From assembly GCA_031409335.1 (NCBI GenBank), contig JANNWY010000297.1:1-41124 (forward strand): a stretch of 41,124 nt of DNA, read 5' to 3'. The position numbers and the translations under genes are program-made. The notes below the pieces were generated by a model. That model saw nothing but the letters and a program-made list of their open reading frames with translations. It had not been told where the DNA came from and ran no database searches. The DNA comes from Chthoniobacteraceae bacterium (GTDB taxonomy: Bacteria; Verrucomicrobiota; Verrucomicrobiia; Chthoniobacterales; Chthoniobacteraceae). Below are positions 16,303 to 24,590 of this stretch, in pieces (within the stretch, counting starts at the first letter, position 1; each line of letters starts with the position of its first letter).

Positions 16303-17370
16303 TCAGAACGTGATCGGGATCACGTGAATCCTGCCGTAGTCAGGCCATTTCCCCGACTTGTCGCGCGCAGGCTGGCCAGTGGCGCCGGCGAGGAAAAGCG
16401 TCGTTCCATCCGCGCTGAAAAGACTGCGCGTCACGCGTGACTTCGTGTCGAGCGAGGTGATCAGTTTTCCGTCGGTCGCGGAAAAAAGCGCGGCATTCCA
16501 GGTGCCCTGCGCCTGCCGTCCGGCCATGAGAAATGCGCTGCCGTCCGGGAAATGCGCGAGCGTTTCCATGAGGCCGGTGCCGTGTTCGCCGTCGCGGATT
16601 TGCTCCAGCATTTTCGGCGGCGTGTCGCGCCACGCCCAGCGCTGCCAGGTTTGTTTTCCATTGCCGGCCATCGGATCGCCCATCGGTCCCATGCCGCAGC
16701 AGAGCAGGCTCGCGCCGTCGCGGGCAAAGGTGAGGTCGTAGATTCCGCCAAGGTAGTGAGGGCTTTTGATGATGCCCCAGCTCGTGAAATCCTGCGTCTT
16801 GAATTGCGCGACGTGCGTGCCGGAAACCACGTCCCACACGCTCACTTCGCCCATCATATTCGCCGCGGCGACGTGCCGGCCGTCGGGCGAAAACGCGACG
16901 CTCAGCACCGGCGGCATGTGCGAAAAAGCCTGCAAAAGATCGCCGGTCTGCGTGTCGTAAATTTTCACCGTCGACTCCGCGGCGGGCGCGGGTTCGTATT
17001 TTTCGCTGCCGACTAAAAATTGTCCGCTGACCGTCGCGACGCGTCCGCCATCCGGCGAAAGCGCGATTTGCCACGACCAAAAATCGTGCGCTTTCACCCG
17101 GCGAAAAGTCTGCCGCGTTTCCACATCGTGCCAGAGCAGAAAGCCATCGTAGCCAGCAGAGATCAGCGTTTTCCCATCCGGCAGCAGCACGCAGCCGGAG
17201 GCGTAGCTCGCGTGTTTTTCGGTGAACGCCATCGATGCCCCGCTGGCGGGATCGACTTCAAAAATCCGCCCGTCCATGCACGCGGCGAAGAGACGCGAAC
17301 TGTCGGCGGACGAAGCGAGGCCAAGCGCGCCGGTCGGCAGCGAAATGTGGCGGGGCTTTTCGAGTTTCAC
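16303..17370 (-). CDS. WD40 repeat beta-propeller protein
   Basis: Repeated motifs LISAGYDG..WH, VAFSPDG...VSVWD. Confidence 0.85.
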   Translation of the reverse strand: MKLEKPRHISLPTGALGLASSADSSRLFAACMDGRIFEVDPASGASMAFTEKHASYASGCVLLPDGKTLISAGYDGFLLWHDVETRQTFRRVKAHDFWSWQIALSPDGGRVATVSGQFLVGSEKYEPAPAAESTVKIYDTQTGDLLQAFSHMPPVLSVAFSPDGRHVAAANMMGEVSVWDVVSGTHVAQFKTQDFTSWGIIKSPHYLGGIYDLTFARDGASLLCCGMGPMGDPMAGNGKQTWQRWAWRDTPPKMLEQIRDGEHGTGLMETLAHFPDGSAFLMAGRQAQGTWNAALFSATDGKLITSLDTKSRVTRSLFSADGTTLFLAGATGQPARDKSGKWPDYGRIHVIPITF

Positions 17371-18683
17371 GCGAGCACCTCCGCGATCGGCTGCGCGCGA
17401 TCTTCCACGCGATGAAATGTGGGAAAACCTGGCAGATCGTATTCCGCATACGGATCGATCCCGAGCGCGCGGAAGATCGTCGCAAAAAGATTCTGCTCAT
17501 GGAACGAGCGCCCGTCGGGATCGACGCCATCCGCATCCGTGCCGCCCACGATCACGCCGCGCTTCAGGCCACAACCGGTCATCATCATGCTCCACGCATT
17601 CGGATAGTGATCGCGCCCGCGCGACGCGTTCAGCCACGGCGTGCGTCCGAATTCACCCATCGCGATGACGAGCGTGTGATCGAGCATTCCGCGCTCCTGC
17701 AAATCGGTGATGAGGCAGTGCAGGATGCGGTCGAGTTCCGGCACGAGCATCTGGTGGATTTCGTGCTGGAAGACGTGGTTGTCCCAAGGCATCCCGTTCG
17801 CGACCATCACAAATGGCGCGCCTTTCTCCACGAGATTTCGCGCCATCAGCGTGTGCATCCCGAACGTGCCCGGCCCGTATCGCGCGCGATCTTTTTCCGG
17901 CAGTTTCGCCATGTCGAAAAGGTCCGCGCTCGCCATCAGCCCCTTCACTTTTTCAAAAGCCGCGTTCTGTCCCGCAGCCGTGCGGCTCTGGCGTTCGTTC
18001 TCATATTTCCGCGCGAAAAAACGGCGCAAAGCATCGCGCGCCTCGCGGTCATCCGAGAGCGCATCCGCCGCGCGACCGAGCTGCGTGTAACTCCCGCCAA
18101 GCCGCACCGGGGCATGTTCCGGCCCGAGCCAGCCCGCGAGATCACCCGCCTTGTATTCCTTGAATTCGTTCCCTTCGGGATTCGGATCGAGCAGGATGAA
18201 ACTCGGCAACGCCGTATCGAGCCGGCCCAGCGCCGCGGAGATCGAAGAGCCAAGCGTGGGCCGCGTGAAGCCCGCGCGATCGGGATTCCCGCGCGTCAGC
18301 AGATTGATCGCCTGCAAATGCTCGCTCTGCTTCGTGTGCATGCAGCGGATGATGTTCAGTTGATGCGCGATCGTCGCGCAGCGCGGCATGAGCGAGGAAA
18401 AATGCACGCCGGGAATCGAAGTCGGGATGCTGCCAAACGGCCCGCTGCTCGGCCGCCCATCCTTCGGGTCCCAAGTCTCAAACTGACTCGGCGCGCCGCA
18501 CAGCCACAGCAGGATCACATTTTTCTGCGCCCGCTGCGCCGCCTGCGCGAAGACGGGGTGTGTAAAAAGTCCCGTGAAGCTCGTCACCGCCGCCACACCC
18601 GATGCGGCCAGTCCTTTCAAAAAAAGACGCCGATGCAGGACGTGCTCGTCGGGCGTGCAGGAGCCGGGTGGGATCATATTCAT
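17367..18683 (-). CDS. DUF1501 family protein with Tat-like signal
   Basis: RRLFLK, GAPSQFETWDPK, WDNH, GEFGRTP, GRDHY; start placed at ATG 18683. Confidence 0.88.
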   Translation of the reverse strand: MNMIPPGSCTPDEHVLHRRLFLKGLAASGVAAVTSFTGLFTHPVFAQAAQRAQKNVILLWLCGAPSQFETWDPKDGRPSSGPFGSIPTSIPGVHFSSLMPRCATIAHQLNIIRCMHTKQSEHLQAINLLTRGNPDRAGFTRPTLGSSISAALGRLDTALPSFILLDPNPEGNEFKEYKAGDLAGWLGPEHAPVRLGGSYTQLGRAADALSDDREARDALRRFFARKYENERQSRTAAGQNAAFEKVKGLMASADLFDMAKLPEKDRARYGPGTFGMHTLMARNLVEKGAPFVMVANGMPWDNHVFQHEIHQMLVPELDRILHCLITDLQERGMLDHTLVIAMGEFGRTPWLNASRGRDHYPNAWSMMMTGCGLKRGVIVGGTDADGVDPDGRSFHEQNLFATIFRALGIDPYAEYDLPGFPTFHRVEDRAQPIAEVLA

Positions 18684-18766
18684 TTTGGCGCGACCGCCTT
18701 TCGCTTCGGTCGAAATGACAATGGTTGGTTGCGGCTGCGCCGCGGTTGTTGTTCCGCGTTCATCGT

Positions 18767-20641
18767 TCAGTGATTCGTCAAAAATTCCGGCCCCGCCGCG
18801 AGTGCCCAAAGCAATTGCCCGGCGGCGACCGCTGGTTTGTCCGTACGCGCTTTCAGAAACTCGATGCCTTGCGCCAGCTCCTCCGCATCCGGCTTGCGCG
18901 TGAGCGTGAGTTGAAATGCTTCGAGCACGCGTTCCTCGACCGTCGGCAGATTGCCGAGTCGTTCCGCCGCGGCACCGGCTTCCGGCGCGTAGAGCGCGGA
19001 AAATTTGTCGCTGTTCGCGAGCAGCATCGCCTGCTGGATCGTCGTGCGCAGCACGCGGGGCAGCACGTCGGGGAATGTCTCGGCGAAAGTCTTGCGCAGC
19101 GCATCGTCATCCGGCGGGCGACCGCTCGCGATGCGCGCGGAGCGGGCGATCATCTCGGCAGTCAGCGGTTTTTCCGCACTCACGGCGAAAGCGGCGGGTT
19201 CGGATGAAGTGCCGGCGGAAAGCTGGTAGCCACGACTCAGCACGATCGCGCGCACGAGCCGGCGCGGCGCGAATCCGTGTGACGCGAAATCTGCGGCGAG
19301 CCAGTCGAGCAGCTCGGGATGACTCGGCGGATTTTTGGAATTCATCTCATCCACCGGATGCACGATGCCGCGCCCCATCAGGATCGCCCACGTGTGATTC
19401 ACAAATGCGCGCGCGAGCAGCGGATTTTCCTTCGTCGCCGCCTCCGCCAGCGCCGCGCGCCGCGAAAATCTCGGCACCTTCACCACCGCCGCCGGATCGA
19501 CGTAACCTTCCGGTGAATCCTCCTGCTTCACATCCGGCGCAGGCCGCGTTTCCTCGATCATGCGGCCCGTCAGCATCGCCATCACTGCGGGCTGCGATTC
19601 CTTTTTCAAATTGGTGAAATTCACAAACCCACCCACGGCCGATTCGCCCACCGCGGGCGCGCCTTTCTCGATATTCTTGCTGCGGTTAAAAGCAGCAACG
19701 AGGCCCCAGTAGTGCCCCTGCTTGATCTCCCGCGCGAGCGGATGATCGTGGCACTGCGCGCAGTCCACGCGCGTCCCGTAGATCACCGGCGCGACCGCTT
19801 CCGCCATCTGCTGGAACTCATTTTTCCGCTCGTACAAAAACCACAGCGCTCCTTTGTCCTCCGGCTTTCCGGGTCGCGCCGTGATCATCTCGCGGACCAC
19901 TTCATTCCACGATCGGTCCTGTTTGAAGGCAGCTTCCAAATAATCGAACCATCCATTCTCGCGCCGCCGCTGCTCGCGCCTTCCCGCATTGCGTCCCATC
20001 AGCAGCGCGTCCCAGATTTCGCGGAAAGTGCGCGCGTATTCGTCGCCCGCGAGCAGCCGGTCCACGAGCGCCGCGCGATCGTTCCTTTCAAAAAAGGCGG
20101 ATGCCTCAGCGCGCGTCGGGATGCGTCCCGCGAGATCGAGATACACGCGCCGCACGAACGTGCGATCGTCGCAAAGCGGCGCGGGCGTGATGCCGCGAGC
20201 CTTCCATTCCGCTTCGAGAAAATGATCGATCGCCTCGTGCGGCGCGGTCGCGGGAATCGGAGTCACGGGCGGTGTCTTGCCCGTTGCGGGCATCGCGTTT
20301 CCCAGTGCCGCGATCCATGCGCGCACCTTCGCGATCTCATGCTCGGCGAGTTGTTTTTTCGGCGGCATGTGCGGATCGGCGTCTGATGCGAGAGTCGCGA
20401 GCAGCGGGCTTTCATCCGGCTTCCCCGGCACCACCACCAAGCCGTCCTCATTTCCTTTCAGCACCGCCTCGACGGTATCGAGTTCCAGCCCGCTCTTCTT
20501 TTCCAGGGGCCCATGACATTTCACGCAGTGCTGATCCAGCAACGGCTGCACGCCGCCGCTCCAAAGCGCACGCGCATCATCCGCTCCGAAAAGTGGAGCT
20601 GCGGCAATGAGGCTCGTCAGGATGAAAATGAAACGCGGCAT
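18767..20641 (-). CDS. Planctomycete cytochrome c / DUF1549 / DUF1553 protein
   Basis: Signal peptide, CVKCH and CAQCHDH, RRVYLDLAGRIP, NPPSHPELLDWLA, EFLTNH; start ATG 20641. Confidence 0.9.
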   Translation of the reverse strand: MPRFIFILTSLIAAAPLFGADDARALWSGGVQPLLDQHCVKCHGPLEKKSGLELDTVEAVLKGNEDGLVVVPGKPDESPLLATLASDADPHMPPKKQLAEHEIAKVRAWIAALGNAMPATGKTPPVTPIPATAPHEAIDHFLEAEWKARGITPAPLCDDRTFVRRVYLDLAGRIPTRAEASAFFERNDRAALVDRLLAGDEYARTFREIWDALLMGRNAGRREQRRRENGWFDYLEAAFKQDRSWNEVVREMITARPGKPEDKGALWFLYERKNEFQQMAEAVAPVIYGTRVDCAQCHDHPLAREIKQGHYWGLVAAFNRSKNIEKGAPAVGESAVGGFVNFTNLKKESQPAVMAMLTGRMIEETRPAPDVKQEDSPEGYVDPAAVVKVPRFSRRAALAEAATKENPLLARAFVNHTWAILMGRGIVHPVDEMNSKNPPSHPELLDWLAADFASHGFAPRRLVRAIVLSRGYQLSAGTSSEPAAFAVSAEKPLTAEMIARSARIASGRPPDDDALRKTFAETFPDVLPRVLRTTIQQAMLLANSDKFSALYAPEAGAAAERLGNLPTVEERVLEAFQLTLTRKPDAEELAQGIEFLKARTDKPAVAAGQLLWALAAGPEFLTNH

Positions 20642-20726
20642 ATTGGGCCAATCGAATGAACCCCGGCGCGGTGCGGAAATTAACCGGGTTTTGCAAATTG
20701 CGACCGGCCTCGCGCGGGGAAAAAAT

Positions 20727-21965
20727 CTAACGCGCGATGAATCGCTCCAGCGCCCCACCGAAAAGATCGCGCACATCCCGCTCGATCTCCGCGCGCGTGG
20801 GCTCCCAGCCGGTGGCGGCGAGGTCTTCGTATTTTTCGGCGAGCACTTTCGCGATGATGCCGCGGGAGTGGCTCCATTTATAGACGAGCTGATCGAGCAC
20901 GCGGCAGTCGCTGTGCTGCGGCGTCATGCTCAGGCCGATGAGTTCCAGGCGCATCCGCGTCATCGTTTCGATGATCGACGGATTGTTCAGGAACCACCAG
21001 CAGCCAAAGACGTGGAGGTTGCGAAACTTGCGCGCGGCGACGCAAAGCTCGTGCTGATTTTCCAGCGAGAGCATGGTGCAGAGGAATTTGTTTTCGGGAA
21101 ATTGCGCGCAGAGATTTTCCACGGCGGTGATGTCCGCGCGGCCCACGCTGTCGCCCGCGAGGCGGAGCCGCGGGTTCACGTTGCGCTTCACGCCGATCAT
21201 CATCGCGAAGGCCTGATTGTGATCGCGACCGTGTGGCAGGATCGCGTGTTCGATGAGTTGCGCGGTGTCCGTTTTTGCGGGAAAAGCGAAGTCGGGCGTG
21301 AGCGAGACCATGCAGTATTGGGCGTCGATGCGCTGCGTCCAGTCGGCGAGGAAACGGCGGACTTCATCGAAGGTGCGGGCGGAAAGATCGGCGCGCACGT
21401 CGTAGCCCCGCGCGCTGAGTTTCGGCGCGGTGTTTTCCCAATCGAGCAGCAGCGGATCGATGCGCAGCGCGGCGACAAAACGCGGATCGCGATCGAACCC
21501 GCGCTCCCACACGGGCCGCTCCAAATCGTCGAACGGCGAATTCGTCATGCAGACTTTGCGGACGTTCGCGAGGTCGAGGCAGCGCGTGGTGAAGTCGGCG
21601 ACATTCCACTTTGCAAAGTGCGAACGCAGCGCGGGCAGATCGCGCTTTTTCACATCGAGCCCGAGCGCATTCAGCACCGTGAGCACGCCCCGGCAGGCCT
21701 CCGAAATCGGCGAGTGCTCGACGAACAGCGCGTTCCAGATTGCGTCGGCCTGCTGCGTTTTCGTCATCGCCCAAAACCTCTCGTAAGGCAGATCGAACTG
21801 CCGGAATCCCTCGGCGATGAGGTAGTGATAGGTCAGCAGTTCGTCGATGCCCCAGAGCAGCAGTTCGCCAAAGGCGGGATCGTAAAGATGGGTGTGAATG
21901 TCGAAGACCGGAGTGGTTTCGACGATGTCGGCGACCACGGTGCGGAGGGCGGCTTGGGTTTGCAT
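20727..21965 (-). CDS. Uronate (glucuronate) isomerase, divergent amidohydrolase type
   Basis: DIHTHL, ELLTYHYL, MTNSPFD, FGCWWF, QHSDCRVLDQLVYKW; start ATG 21965. Confidence 0.85.
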   Translation of the reverse strand: MQTQAALRTVVADIVETTPVFDIHTHLYDPAFGELLLWGIDELLTYHYLIAEGFRQFDLPYERFWAMTKTQQADAIWNALFVEHSPISEACRGVLTVLNALGLDVKKRDLPALRSHFAKWNVADFTTRCLDLANVRKVCMTNSPFDDLERPVWERGFDRDPRFVAALRIDPLLLDWENTAPKLSARGYDVRADLSARTFDEVRRFLADWTQRIDAQYCMVSLTPDFAFPAKTDTAQLIEHAILPHGRDHNQAFAMMIGVKRNVNPRLRLAGDSVGRADITAVENLCAQFPENKFLCTMLSLENQHELCVAARKFRNLHVFGCWWFLNNPSIIETMTRMRLELIGLSMTPQHSDCRVLDQLVYKWSHSRGIIAKVLAEKYEDLAATGWEPTRAEIERDVRDLFGGALERFIAR

Positions 21966-21968
21966 GTC

Positions 21969-22113
21969 AATTGACTCAAAAGAAATGACACTGGGGGCGA
22001 TGTCATCAAAAATGAGCCAGAGCACGACGCGGGAAGTGATCTTGAAAATGCGGGAACGCTATGGGCGGGAAGGGCGCAGCCACCCGCTGGACGAGCTGTG
22101 CGAGCTATGCGGG
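21969..22113 (+). pseudogene. IS remnant: probable left end plus truncated transposase N-terminus (ISNCY/integrase-core type)
   Basis: MSSKMSQSTTREVILKMRERYGREGRSHPLDELCELCG resembles the R.RY...K..LDE.C...GY.RK start of these transposases; preceded by TTGACTCAAAAGAAATGACAC. Confidence 0.55.
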
Positions 22114-22197
22114 ATGGGCTTCGATTTGCGGTGCCAGACCTGTTTCCGCCCCAGCTTCCATGTGGCTGTCCGCACAGCAAAACCGCACCGTGCGCGG

Positions 22198-22500
22198 CTA
22201 CTTGGGCCCGCCTTTGTCGCCGCCCGGCGCGCCCGGCAATTCGGGCGCTTTCGGCTTTTTCACGAACCGATACCCGATCAGCAAAAGGATCGCGCCAACC
22301 GTGGCGATGAAGATGCCGCCGAGGTCGAACGATTCGACTTTTCCCACACCGATAAACGACCCGAGGAATCCGCCGAGCACTGCGCCCACGATCCCGATGA
22401 GGATGGTGACGATGAACCCGCCAGGATCTTTTCCGGGCATGATGAATTTTGCGAGCGCGCCGGCGACGAGGCCGAGGAAAATCCAGGAAAAGATGCCCAT
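22198..22500 (-). CDS. GlsB/YeaQ/YmgE family stress-response membrane protein
   Basis: WIFLGLVAGALAKFIMPGKDPGG..TILIGIVGAVLGG. Confidence 0.9.
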   Translation of the reverse strand: MGIFSWIFLGLVAGALAKFIMPGKDPGGFIVTILIGIVGAVLGGFLGSFIGVGKVESFDLGGIFIATVGAILLLIGYRFVKKPKAPELPGAPGGDKGGPK

Positions 22501-22540
22501 AGTGTTAGGTCGGTGTGTGGTTGCGAATTCGGACGGCGGT

Positions 22541-22990
22541 TTAGTCGAGAAGATCTTGCGGCACTTTGCCGCCATTTTCCGCGAGCTTTTTGAGCACGGC
22601 TTTGTGCAGCCAGACATTCATCGCGGCGGAATCGTTTTTATCGCCGGGATAGTGCAACTCGGCGGCAAGTTCCTTGCGGTCAGCGAGGCCGCTGTCCATG
22701 CCGACGAGCTTCATCAGATCGACGATGGAGCGTTTCCAATCGAGCTTCTCCGTGCTCTTTTTGGCGAGCCCGTCGAGGATCGCAGTGACATCGACGGCGA
22801 CCGGCGCGGGCGGTGCAGCAGCAGGGGCGGGCGCGGAAGATGGCACCGATCCGGCCGCAGCCACAGTTGGCGCGGGTGACGCCGAAGCTGGGGGCGCGGG
22901 GTGCACCGAACCTACGGGCGCTGGTGAAGCCACTGGAGCTGCGGGTGCGTGGCGAAAGATTTTGGACATTAAGTTGGAGAACATTCCCAT
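22541..22990 (-). CDS. DUF3597 domain protein
   Basis: Ala/Pro linker then LDWKRSIVDLMKL...RKELA.EL.Y..D...SA.MNVWLHK.V..KLAENGG. Confidence 0.85.
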   Translation of the reverse strand: MGMFSNLMSKIFRHAPAAPVASPAPVGSVHPAPPASASPAPTVAAAGSVPSSAPAPAAAPPAPVAVDVTAILDGLAKKSTEKLDWKRSIVDLMKLVGMDSGLADRKELAAELHYPGDKNDSAAMNVWLHKAVLKKLAENGGKVPQDLLD

Positions 22991-23115
22991 AATTTTTGAG
23001 CGTGAGGGTTGCCGTTTTGCAGCACAACGGTTTTTTAGGGCCGCTCGTGAACGCGGGGTGATGGAAAGTGGGGCGCTGCGCGCGTTGGTTGGATTCATGC
23101 GGAGGGCCGCCTGAG

Positions 23116-24441
23116 CTACAGGGCTGCTGCTGCCGCGACGTGCCCGCGCTTTTCGTCGATGAATAGCGTGATGACCGCGCCGACGATGAGGAAGGCCGCG
23201 AGCACGAGTAGCGCGGCGGGCGTGCCGACGGTGTCTTTCATCCACGCGAACGGGAACGTCATGATCGCGGCGAGTTTGAACATGAGTCCCCACAGGCCAA
23301 AGACTTCGCCCGCGCGACTCGGCGGCGCGAGGAAGCCGACGAAGGCGCGGTTCGACGCGCCGAGTGAGCCGAGGCCGAAGCCGAGCAGATTGCCGATGAT
23401 CCAGAGCGGCCACGTGGGGAAAGGCGCGGCGCCGGGCGTGCGGACGTGGACTTCGGCGAGGTAGGCGTAGAGCGCGAAGGCGATGGATGTGGCGATCCAG
23501 ATGGCGAGATAGAGCAGCGTCGAGCGGCGGTGGCCCATGCGGTCCTGATAGAGCGTCGGGAGGAAAGTGCCGACGATGCCCGAGACGGTGATGACCGCGA
23601 CGAAGACGACGAGATTCACCTGGGAAAAACCGAATTCGCCCGCGAGTTTGCTGGCGAAAAAGATGACGACGCTCATGCCGGTGCCGTAGAACAACGAGGC
23701 GACGAGCAGCAGCGCGAGATCGCGAAATTGCGCGACGTTGCGGATGCTTTCGCCGATGCGGACGAAGCCGGCTGTGAGCAGGTTTTTCCCCGCGTGAACG
23801 GAGTGCGGAATCGCGGGTTCCTTCAGCCAGAGCGCAGTCGGCACGATGAAGGCGAGAAACCACAGTCCGGAGAAAACGAAGAACGTGCGCCATTGATCGG
23901 GCGCGTTTAGCCCGGCGGCGACCATCACCGCCGCGGTGCCGATCAGCAGCAGCAGCGCGGCGGCGTACGCGCAGGCCCACGAGAAGCCGCTGACGCGCCC
24001 CATTTGATCCTGCCGCGCGAGACCGGGGAGGAAGCTGGAGAGGAAATTTTCCCCGATGGAAAAGGCGAAATTCGCCGGGATGTAGAGCAGCGCGGCGAGC
24101 CAGATCTGGCCGGGCTGGATGAAGGCGAGCGCGCAGGTGAAAAGCCCGCACGCGATGCCGGTGAAAATGAGGCTGCGCTTTTTCCACGCGCGCTCATCCG
24201 CCATCGCACCCGCGATCGGCGAGAAGAGCGCGCAGAGCAGCATGCTGCTGCCATACGTGAGCGCCCACAGCCGGTCGTCGATCGCGTCGTTTTTCACGAC
24301 GACTTCCGAAAAGAAGATCGAGAAAAGCAGCGTGTTGATGATCAGCGTGAAGGACTGATTCGCGACATCGAAGGAGATCCACGACCAGAGCTGCCGCTGT
24401 TGCGGGAAGCCATCGAGCGGGTAGAAGCGGCGGAGATTCAT
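23116..24441 (-). CDS. MFS transporter (UMF1/Atg22-like)
   Basis: SWISFDVANQSF, SPIAGAMADE, about 12 TM segments; start ATG 24441. Confidence 0.85.
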   Translation of the reverse strand: MNLRRFYPLDGFPQQRQLWSWISFDVANQSFTLIINTLLFSIFFSEVVVKNDAIDDRLWALTYGSSMLLCALFSPIAGAMADERAWKKRSLIFTGIACGLFTCALAFIQPGQIWLAALLYIPANFAFSIGENFLSSFLPGLARQDQMGRVSGFSWACAYAAALLLLIGTAAVMVAAGLNAPDQWRTFFVFSGLWFLAFIVPTALWLKEPAIPHSVHAGKNLLTAGFVRIGESIRNVAQFRDLALLLVASLFYGTGMSVVIFFASKLAGEFGFSQVNLVVFVAVITVSGIVGTFLPTLYQDRMGHRRSTLLYLAIWIATSIAFALYAYLAEVHVRTPGAAPFPTWPLWIIGNLLGFGLGSLGASNRAFVGFLAPPSRAGEVFGLWGLMFKLAAIMTFPFAWMKDTVGTPAALLVLAAFLIVGAVITLFIDEKRGHVAAAAAL

Positions 24442-24457
24442 GGCGGGCGAGAGTGGA

Positions 24458-24551
24458 GAGGGAAATGACCAGTTGCCAATGACCAATGACCAATGACCAG
24501 TTGCGGACTCCGGCATCGGTCATTGGTCATTGGCAATTGGTCATTTCCCTC
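24458..24551. repeat. Inverted repeat of AATGACC heptamers (family E) between the divergent MFS and mutS genes
   Basis: 34-bp arms 24458-24491 and 24518-24551 with one mismatch. Confidence 0.92.
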
Positions 24552-24554
24552 CGC

Positions 24555-24583
24555 TTGCCCCTGCCGGTTCGCCCTCCTACTCT
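24555..24583 (+). promoter_or_regulatory. Putative leaderless mutS promoter
   Basis: TTGCCC-N17-TACTCT-N7-ATG. Confidence 0.55.
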
Positions 24584-24590
24584 CCCGCCC

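Noticed and set aside
18684..18766. REP-like fragments (GTCATTTCGACCGAAG on the minus strand)
   Set aside because: Single short half-element with no partner in the window; too weak to call.
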